Assembly: GCA_965178125.1 (NCBI GenBank)
Contig: OZ237747.1
Location: 310,001 to 374,000 of the forward strand
Direction of reading: 5' to 3'
DNA length: 64,000 nucleotides
Source: Bilabrum cf. latius
Lineage: Eukaryota
The notes beneath the pieces are model-generated. The model did not search any database and was not told where the DNA came from. It was given only the letters and a program-made list of their open reading frames with translations. The translations under genes were made by a program, and so were the position numbers. Positions 26,123 to 35,506 of this stretch are shown here, in pieces; position 1 is the stretch's first letter; each line of letters begins with the position of its first letter.

Positions 26123-27982
26123 CAGACTGCGTGCTGGCAGTGCGCGGAGTCCATGTTCATTGCGGAACCTCGAGGCCAGGAAGGCTTCACTCTTGGCTAT
26201 TCATCGCGCCTATCGAATAGTACGAGAAGCGTCGTCGTGTAAATTCCATCCCTCTCTGTAACGGCTTCTTCAGTTGCCATCACTGTGGCGAGTTGGGTGT
26301 CTCCAGGCAAGGCCCCGAAACCCCTGACCTAGTACTGGAGCAGACTGGAAGCCGTGGTGTAGCTAGACTCGGCTGACATTGGTTTTGAGTCCGATCAACT
26401 TGAAGTGGAAACAAGCTTGTAAGACAGAGCAGGCTTTTCTTGCATCTTGGTGTGTTTTCCATGGCAGGTCCAAATGAGGTGATTGACCTGGTGAGCAGTG
26501 ATAGTGAAGAAGAGTTTGAGGGCAACCCCGGCGGAAGCATGGGGGTTGGTGAACGTGTAGAAGAGGCATCATTTGGACTAGGTGCCGTTGTATCACGGAG
26601 TGGGCGAGCTGGGCGAAGCTGGATGGCATTTGGTCCAGAGTTGTCGTCAGCACCAAGTTCAACAGCTACATTGCCCTTGGCTTCTGGAGTCTAGTCAACT
26701 GAATCGATGTCATCTAGTGCTCCCAGCACAGGTGCGCGCTTGGGGCAGAAGAGAGTCCATGACGACTTGGAGGCTGCCGTAGAAGCTGGCGATGCAGTGG
26801 ACGAGCACGGTGCAAGCAACAACAAGAAGAAGGAGAAGAGGAGGAGAAGGGAGCCGAGTCCAGCGGCAGGGGAACTCACCAGCGATATGAGCAAGGGATA
26901 CGATTGCTCTGTGTGCGGCAAGCGCTTTGGGCAGGCAGGCACTCTCACAAAGCACATGAGGACTGTGCACCTTGGGGAGCGCAATCACGAGTGCTCTGTG
27001 TGCGGCAAGCGCTTTGGGCAGGCAAGCAATCTTACAAAGCACATGAGGACTGTGCACCTTGGGGAGCGCAATCACGAGTGCTCTGTGTGCGGCAAGCGCT
27101 TTGGGCAGGCAGGCAGTCTCACAAAGCACATGAGGACTGTGCACCTTGGGGAGCGCAATCACGAGTGCTCTGTGTGCGGCAAGCGCTTCGGGCGCCCAGA
27201 CAGTCTCACGACGCACATGAGGACTGTGCACCTTGGGGAGCGCAATCACGAGTGCTCTGTGTGCGGCAAGCGCTTTGGGGAGGCAAGCACTCTCACAAAG
27301 CACATGAGGACTGTGCATCTTGGGTAGCGCAATCACGAGTGCTCTGTGTGTGGCAAGCGCTTCGGGCGCCCAGACAGTCTCACGACGCACATGAGGACTG
27401 TGCACCTTGGGGAGCGCAATCACGAGTGCTCTATGTGCGGCAAGCGCTTTGGGGAGGCAAGCAATCTTACAAAGCACATGAGGACTGTGCACCTTGGGGA
27501 GCGCAATCACGAGTGCTCTGTGTGCGGCAAGCGCTTTGGGCAGGCAGGCAGTCTCACAAAGCACATGAGGACTGTGCACCTTGGGGAGCGCAATCACGAG
27601 TGCTCTGTGTGCGGCAAGCGCTTTGGGGTGCCAGGCACTCTCACAAAGCACATGAGGACTGTGCACCTTGGGGAGCGCAATCACGAGTGCTCTGTGTGCG
27701 GCAAGCGCTTCGGGCGCCCAGACAGTCTCACGACGCACATGAGGACTATGCACCTTGGGGAGCGCAATCACGAGTGCTCTGTGTGCGGCAAGCGCTTTGG
27801 GCAGGCAAGCAGTCTTAAGAAGCACATTGTCGTATTGCACTGATAGGTTAGGATACGCTCTGTGCATGGCCTGTACGGGCAACCCATGCCTGCCGGCACC
27901 AGTGGCAAATGTATTCCTGCATTTCTGCTTTATTGTTGGCGCGGTGTTCTCTCTTTCGTGGGTAGAACTGGGGTCAGTATCC
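26123..27982 (+). repeat. Segmental duplication copy 1 (upstream region, ZF gene and 3' flank); copy 2 at 32497-34592
   Basis: Both copies begin cagactgcgtgctggcagtgcgcggagtc and end gggtcagtatcc, with high similarity throughout. Confidence 0.92.
26461..27843 (+). CDS. Tandem C2H2 zinc-finger protein 1 (SIM-like N-terminus, NLS, 11 fingers), 460 aa
   Basis: Starts at ATG 26461 (MAGPNEVIDLVSSDSEEE), reads through TAG 26692 and 27325, has KKKEKRRRR and 11 x 28-aa repeats CSVCGKRFGxxxxLxxHMRTVHLGERNHE, and ends at TGA. Confidence 0.9.
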
Positions 27983-27984
27983 TG

Positions 27985-28485
27985 TTATATGTACTCGGAC
28001 ATCAGGATTGAAGCAACGGGGAGCAGAGGTGAGACGGAAGACGAGGTGTGCGCAGGAGGAGAGGAGGTGGAGAAGAAGAGGGGGGCACCGGCACAGGCGA
28101 CGACAGTGCGGTGTCAACAGGGAGAACACAACGGGAGGAATGGGGGCTCCAGGTGCAAGGCACGAGGGATACGCGGGTGGCAGCGGACTGCATGGCCAGC
28201 AGCACGCAGAAGGCCAACAGGTGGGTGGACAGATGGGGCGCACGGCAGGTCGGCCAGGACCGGCGCGTGCAAGCTGAAAGGATAGGGACAAGGTGGCAAT
28301 GCTGGGAGCAAAGCACACGGTCCCTAGGGCGGGGAACAGGAACAGGAAGCCATGTGGCGACGAGGCCAGTCGGGTGCATGGGGAAAGTGGTGTGTACATT
28401 CGTAGTGTCAGATGAATACCGCATTCAGGTGGACCGGTGAAGAACCAGTCGTTCGGGGTGAAGCCCAGTGGGTCCGCGGGACCGG
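27985..28485. repeat. Right arm of the inverted repeat (27985-28376 matches 25375-25772; 28368-28485 matches 24758-24875)
   Basis: Direct reverse-complement comparison. Confidence 0.92.
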
Positions 28486-31400
28486 AGACATCCCTGGCAG
28501 GTGGAGCTGGTGCGCGTGGGCGTATGTTGATCTATTCCGGATCATGAGCGGCTCGGACTGGGGATCGGATCGTCTGACCACAAGCTGCAGACGAGGAAAT
28601 CTGGGAAGTCACATTTGGACTTGAGCGGCAATCGAATCGCGGTGCTCTTCGATCGCTGAGGGGCCAGCGCCCGCGCGATTTGCGGCTGGCGCTTCCAGAG
28701 GGCACCCCGGCGAGTTCCGGGGCTTCCTCTCCCGCGCGCGGTGCCGTGGGGGACAGCAGCAGCACTAGCGGGGGCATGGGGGCTGTGTCATCTGTCAGGG
28801 GTAGCGCGCAGGGAGGCAGCAGCGGCCCACTGTCGAGCGAGACCTATCCGCAGCTGGAGGCCGCGGCAGCCTCGTTGGCGCACACTTCCCGCCGTTTGGG
28901 CGCCGCCTACGGCGATTCCATGGCGCGGGCCCGGCTCGCCGCCGCCAACGCGCCGGTGCTGCGGTCCATCGCAGGGGCCGTGGCCGGCTGGCTCATCGGC
29001 GGCGGCACCGTGGCGCAGGCGCTGCGCCTGATGGGTGCCGGCGCGGAGACGGCGGGCGGTGCCATGTTGTCCGACGACGCGGTGCGGGCGGTGGCCCCTG
29101 ACCTGGCGCGGTCGGTGCTGCACGCGACCCAGGGAACAAGTGGGGAGCAGGCGGAGGCGCAGGCCAGGGACTGTCGCTCGCAGTACATGCACGCGATGGG
29201 GTCCGCCGTGCGCATCCTGGAGCTGTACGCTGGCCACCTGCTTGCTGGGGGTCAGTGCCAGCGGGCTGTGGATGCTGCCGCGTGCATCGCGCACCTGGCC
29301 AAAGGCGCGGACAGCAGGGCTGCCTCGGCGTGCGGGCGGGGCTCCTGCGGCCCCACGCGCTGGGCGTGCTGACGGCGGCGCTGCAGCGGGCGAGCTGCAA
29401 CGGGGGCGCCCTTGCGTCCACCTTTCTGCACGCAAGGAGGAGCCTCCCTGCCCTGGCCCCGGCCGGTCTGAGGGCCGCAGTGGCCGGGCTGCTGCCGGGA
29501 TGGGAGCGGTCCGTGGAGGATCCAAGCGCGAGGCAGGCGTTGCAGGAGGCTGCTTCCGCGCTTGTGGACGTGGGGGGGTCATCCAGCAAGGGGGGGATCG
29601 GGACGGACCTGCGGTGCGCGGGGTGCCTGCCACCGCCCCCGCCCATGGCACCGGCCGCACTGCGCGTGGGGCTCGGGAGCAGTGCCGGCGCTGCATTCTG
29701 CAGGCGATGGGGACTGGCACCCGGGCTCGCTCGCCAGGTGCACGCCGTGGCCGCGGCGGCGCTTCCCTGCGTGCCTAGCGCGCGAGGTGTGTCTGCCTTC
29801 GTGCCTGACGCGCGTGCCGCTCTGGCTGCCGCCAACGCGCAGTGCAGGCTGCTCATGGTGGAGCACCACCTCAAGGCCATGGGGCTTGCGAGACCAAGCG
29901 AGGGGCCCCGCGACGCGACGGGGACCCCTGTGCCGAGCGGCAGTGTCACGCCCGCGGGGGGTCCTCTGCTGCTGGGAGCGTCTGCTGGAGAGCGGCTGTG
30001 GGGTGCTTCTAGCTTCGGGCGCACGGTCGGAGACAGAGCGGAGCAGGAGCTGGACTCTCTGCTGCACGCGGTGGGGTGCATCGCGGGGGGCGAGTCTGTG
30101 CGGGACGAGAGCGAGGGAGAGGGAGAGGGAGAGGGAGAGGGAGAGGGAGAGGGAGAGGGAGAGGGAGAGGGAGAGGGAGAGGGAGAGGGAGAGGGAGAGG
30201 GAGAGGGAGAGGGAGAGGGAGAGGGAGAGGGAGAGGGAGAGGGAGAGGGAGAGGGAGAGGGAGAGGGAGAGGGAGAGGGAGAGGGAGAGGGAGATGGGGA
30301 GGGGCAGGACAGGGCGAGCGTGCATCGCGACGCGGATGGCGAGGACGGCATGGGAGGGCAAGGGGTTGCACATGGCAACGGGGTGGGCGTTGGGTCCACC
30401 TAGCAGGTGCGTGACTTGGCTCGGGCCGCGGAGCTTTCGCTTGCGGATCTGAGGGAACAGGGTGCCGACGACGAGGGGGAGCTTTCCTACGGCCCGTTCG
30501 CGCCGGTGCGATCGCTCCTCAAGTACGACGAGACCGCTGACGCGATCAGGGAGGCCGCGTGCGGAAGTGGCGCCGCGCATCCGAGCCTTGGCCTGGCGGT
30601 GTCTGAGCACCTGTGCTGGCGGCGGTTGACTCGCGCGCTGCGGGCGTACCGCCGTTGGCAAGCCTCCGTGCAGGAGCCCCTGGAGGGGGCCCCCACTCTG
30701 GTGGGACTGGCGGGGGGGCACTGGCAGGCCGCGCTGGGTCGGTGGAGGGAGGGGGCGAGCGGGAGGTACAGGCGGGCAGAGCTGCTGGCGCTGCGGGCGT
30801 GGGCCATGCTGGCGGAGGCAGTGGCGGGCGCAGGGGCTGGGGCCCGCGGGTGGCTGCAGGCACCCATGGAGGCGGCAGCAGAGGTGGCGGCTGGATGCCG
30901 GTCTGCGCCCGAAGAGACAGGGGCGATCGGCTGGGGGGCAAGGCTCGGCGGGGCTTCGGGTGCTGCAGATGCATCCGGGACCAGCAGCAGCAGCAACAGC
31001 AGCGGTAGGCGAGCGAAGGCCATTCGCACTCGATGGGCAGCGGGGGCCGCTGCTGCCGGAGTGCTGGGCCCCGAGGACGCTGGCTTGGGAGGACTGGTGC
31101 CCGGACGTGCCGACCTGTGCGTGGTGTCCATCCGTTCGCACGCGCAGGTTCCCTCGCGGCCCATCTCACGAGACCAGGAGGAGGGCGATGAGGACGAGCG
31201 GTTGGAGGCACCGGCATCGACAGGGGCAGGAGCAGGGGCAGGGCGAGGCCGTGAGTGCATCAAGTAGGTTCCGGTCTTCGTGGCTTGGCCCCCCGCAAGT
31301 CCTGGTCCGTGCATGCACTGGGACTAGGACTAGGAATCGGACTCGGACTCGCTCGGGGAACACGGCGGCGCCTCCGCCGCGCCCGCGCACCCGTCCGCTG

Positions 31401-32380
31401 GCGGTGCCCGCGAGGTGAGCCAGGCCATGGCGAGCCTGGAGAACGACTGGACCCGGCCCCGCGGAGCCAACTGCGGGCCATGGGACGAGGCCGGCCTGGG
31501 GCTGGACGCGGGGCGGCTGGGCGGCCGGGGACTCGCGCCCGGGTCCGGGCATGGGGGGGACCCGACCCCCCTGTGCTGCCGCGTGCCCGCCGCCGGCTGG
31601 GTGAGACGGGCCGTGGTGCCTCAGCTGGTCTGGATGATGCACGACGTGATGCATCGCGGTGCGGCGTGGGCCATGCCCTTGGTGCGCGGAGAGGCCGTGA
31701 TGGGAGTGCCCCGGGGCGGCGAGGGAACAAGCGCGGAGGCGAGCAGGAAGCAGGTGCTCGAGCGCATGCTCGCTTTGGCTGGGGACCAGGGCTCCAGAGG
31801 GGCTGTCTCGGCGCTGCGCTGTGCCACTGGAGGTGCAGGTGCAGGTGGTGGGTCGTTGGGCGCGAGGTTGAATGCGGTGCGCTGCAGCGACAGGGTGTGC
31901 GTCCTGCTGCGCCTCGCCATGCGGGTGGGATCGGCTGTGGCAGGCCCCGACGGCATCGGCACCGCGAGCGCTGCTTCGTCCTCCTCCTCGGGCAGCCCGA
32001 GTCCAGTGGCTGTGGGCTCCGTTGGAATCGGCTCAGGGTCCAGGAGGAGCAGCAGGAGCAGGAGGAGGCAGGGGGTGTTGAGCCCGGGCTCTGGGGGTGG
32101 GTCTGGCCTGGGCTCGGCGGACGAAGGGGCTGGGTCCGGGAGCGGGGAGGGGGCGGCGATAGTGTTCGGGGGCGGGGAGGGGGTAAGCGTGGGGGACCGT
32201 CAGGGCAAGGGGTGGGTGCTGGGTGTGCCGAGCGCGGGGGTGCGGGGGTGCTTCACGTGGGGGTGTGGTCCCCGAGGGAAGGCGACGGAGAAGAGGGAGG
32301 TGAAGCGGCTGGCCACTGCCGTGGCCGAGTCGGCTCATTTGCTTCTCGAGGTGCCGGGGGGTCTGGAGGGGATGGTGTGA
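28485..32380 (+). pseudogene. 5'-truncated, disrupted nucleoporin Nup107/Nup84-like gene
   Basis: Segments resemble the Nup107 C-terminal half as I recall it: WCAWAYV, ILELYAGHLL..AACIAHL, AAANAQCRLLM, SEHLCWRRLTRALRAYRRW, VRRAVVPQLVWMMHDVMH and EVKRLATAVAESAHLLLE. ORFs 29255-30403, 30407-31267 and 31415-32380 are joined by TAG. There is a frameshift near 29320 and a TGA at 28575 where the paralogous copy has CGA. No start codon or N-terminal half. Confidence 0.62.
30113..30292. repeat. (GAGGGA)30 microsatellite encoding poly-(Glu-Gly) in frame
   Basis: Directly visible perfect hexamer array. Confidence 0.97.
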
Positions 32381-32836
32381 TTGGAACTCGGCTTGGAATG
32401 GTCAGGGGGCTTCGCATGTGGGCGTCATGGGGATGTGTATCCAAGAGTGCTGTTTGAGTGTCAGCCTTGGTATCTGTGCAAATCCTGGATCGACTGCAGA
32501 CTGCGTGCTGGCAGTGCGCGGAGTCTATGTTCATTCCGGAACCTCGAGGCCAGGAAGGCTTCACTCTTGGCTATTGATCGCGCCTATCGAATAGTAGGAG
32601 AAGCGTCATCGTGTAACTTCAATCTCTGTCTGTATAAGCTTCTTCAGTTGGCATCACTGTGGCGAGTTGGGTATCTCCAGGCAAGACCCCGAAATCCCTG
32701 ACCTAGTACTGGAGCAGACTGGAAGCCGGGGTGTATCTCGACTAGGCTGACATTGGTTTTGAGTCTTATCAACTTGAAGTGAAGACAAGCGTGTAAGACA
32801 CTGCTGGCTATTTGTTTGCATCTTGGTGTGTTTTCC

Positions 32837-34453
32837 ATGGCAGGTCCAAATGAGGTGATTGACCTGGTGAGCAGTGATAGTGAAGAAGAGTTTGAGGGCA
32901 ACCCCGGCGAAAGCATGATGGGGTTTGGTGATCGTGCAGAAGAGGCATCATCTGGACTAGGTGCCGTTGAATCACGGAGTGGGCGAGCTGGGCGAAGCAG
33001 GAGGTCATTTGGTCCCCGAAGTTCAACAGTTGCATTGCCCTTGGCTTCTGGAGTCTAGTCAACTGAATCAGTGTCATCTAGTGCTACCAGCATCCGCTTG
33101 GGACAGAAGAGAGTCCATGAAGACTTAAAGGTTGCCGTAGAAGCTGACAGTGCAGTGGACGAGCACGGTGCAAGCAAGAAGAAGAGGAGGAGGAGAAGGG
33201 AGCCGAGTCCAGCGGCAGGGGTACTCACCAGCGATAGGAGCAAGGGATACGATTGCTCTGTGTGCGGCAAGCGCTTTGGGGAGGCAGGCCATCTGACGAC
33301 GCACATGAGGACTGTGCACCTTGGGGAGCGCAATCACGAGTGCTCTGTGTGCGGCAAGCGCTTTGGGGGGCCAGGTACTCTCACTAAGCACATGAGGACT
33401 GTGCACCTTGGGGAGCGCAATCACGAGTGCTCTGTGTGCGGCAAGCGCTTTGGGGAGGCAGGCCATCTGACGACGCACATGAGGACTGTGCACCTTGGGG
33501 AGCGCAATCACGAGTGCTCTGTGTGCGGCAAGCGCTTTGGGGTGGCAGGCAGTCTCAGGACGCACATGAGGACTGTGCACCTTGGGGAGCGCAATCACGA
33601 GTGCTCTGTGTGCGGCAAGCGCTTTGGGGGGCCAGGTACTCTCACTAAGCACATGAGGACTGTGCACCTTGGGGAGCGCAATCACGAGTGCTCTGTGTGC
33701 GGCAAGCGCTTCGGGCAGGCAGGCAATCTCACAACGCACATGAGGACTGTGCACCTTGGGGAGCGCAATCACGAGTGCTCTGTGTGCGGCAAGCGCTTTG
33801 GGCAGGCAGGCAGTCTCACAAAGCACATGAGGACTGTGCACCATGGGGAGCGCAATCACGAGTGCTCTGTGTGCGGCAAGCGCTTTGGGGGGCCAGGCCA
33901 TCTCAAGACGCACATGAAGACTGTGCACCTTGGGGAGCGCAATCACGAGTGCTCTGTGTGCGGCAAGCATTTCGGGCGCCCAGACAGTCTCAAGACGCAC
34001 ATGAGGACTGTGCACCTTGGGGAGCGCAATCACGAGTGCTCTGTGTGCGGCAAGCGCTTCGGGGAGGCAGGCCATCTGATGACGCACATGAGGACTGTGC
34101 ACCTTGGGGAGCGCAATCACGAGTGCTCTGTGTGCGGCAAGCATTTCGGGGAGGCAGGCAGTCTCACAAAGCACATGAGGACTGTGCACCTTGGGGAGCG
34201 CAATCACGAGTGCTCTGTGTGCGGCAAGCGCTTCGGGCAGGCAGGCAGTCTCACGACGCACATGAGGACTGTGCACCTTGGGGAGCGCAATCACGAGTGC
34301 TCTGTGTGCGGCAAGCGCTTCGGGCAGGCAGGCAATCTCACAAAGCACATGAGGACTGTGCACCTTGGGGAGCGCAATCACGAGTGCTCTGTGTGCGGCA
34401 AGCGCTTTGGGGAGGCAAGCAGTCTTAAGAAGCACATTGTCGTATTGCACTGA
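32837..34453 (+). CDS. Tandem C2H2 zinc-finger protein 2 (SIM-like N-terminus, NLS, 14 fingers), 538 aa
   Basis: Paralog of 26461-27843. ATG 32837, TAG at 33056 conserved with the paralog, KKKRRRRR, 14 x 84-bp finger repeats, TGA stop. Confidence 0.92.
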
Positions 34454-34952
34454 TAGGTTAGGATACGCTCTGTGCATGGCCTGTACGGGCAACCCATGCC
34501 TGCCGGCACCAGTGGCAAATGTATTCCTGCATTATTGCTTCATTGTTGGCGCGGTGTTCATTGTTTCGTGGGTAGAACTTGGGTCAGTATCCATATTTAA
34601 CAGTGTTCCGTGGATGTCGGTGCATGAGGCTTGGAGCATGTTGTGCTGAGGCCATCTGCTGCACAGAGTGCTTCACGGAGTAGACAAGACGTAGAAGAAA
34701 TGAAGTGGGAGGGCTGGGAGACGACTGGTCATGTTTGATATGCGGCACTATGCGGATGTACCGGCAGGGCGGCTGGTCCCGGTGACATTCGGATGGAGGT
34801 ATAGTAGCGGACCAGATGGAATGCAGCGATGCTTGGTAGTTTGCAGTCAGCATCATGCAGAGCAAGAAGGGGGAAAGAGGGGGAGGTGCAATGAAGGAGG
34901 TGACCGGCGGGAAGATCTGGTGTGGTTGATATGGGGGATGGATAGCCAAGCT

Positions 34953-35319
34953 GAGACGTCCCTGGCAGGTGGAGCTGGTGCGCGTGGGTGGGTGGTGATC
35001 TGTTCCGGATCATGAGCGGCGCGGACTGGAGATCGAATATCCCGACCACATGTTGCAGACTAGGAATTCTGGGAAGTCGAATCGGGACTTGAACGGCAAT
35101 CGAGTCGCGGTGCTCTTCGAGCGCTGAGGGGCCAGCGCCGGCGCGATTTGCGGCTGGCGCTTCCAGAGGGCACCCCGGCGAGTTCCGGGGCTTTCTTGCC
35201 CGCGCGCGGTGCTGTGGGGGACAGCAGTGGCACTAGCGGGGGCATGGGGTCGTGTAGTCTGTCAGGGGCAGCGCGCAGGGAGGCAGCAGCGGCCCACTGT
35301 TGAGCGAGACCTATCCGCA
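34953..35319 (+). pseudogene. Second short diverged copy of the Nup107-like fragment (matches 28485-28852)
   Basis: gagac(g/a)tccctggcaggtggagc...gagacctatccgca is shared; homology then stops abruptly. Confidence 0.7.
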
Positions 35320-35506
35320 AAGAAAAGCGAGGCATATAGATCTAGCGCAAAACTATTAGTAAGTATTTTCATGGTTTGAGGGCGCGCTGCGACCCAACTT
35401 TAATTGGATTTTGTTGCAATTCGTTGATGACGCAGCGGCGCCGCGCAGCCTGGACAGACTTGATGAGCGGAACTCTCAATTCGTGGCCAAAGTCACTCCT
35501 CTAACA

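Noticed and set aside
28993-31141. Poly-SP, poly-RE, poly-SL and poly-RG ORFs
   Set aside because: Alternative readings of the (GAGGGA)n microsatellite.
26900-34440. 84-bp repeats as CRISPR or DGR-type arrays; antisense ORFs 26710-27882 and 33125-34492
   Set aside because: They are coding C2H2 repeats, no reverse transcriptase is present, and the antisense and alternate-frame ORFs are shadows of the repeat.
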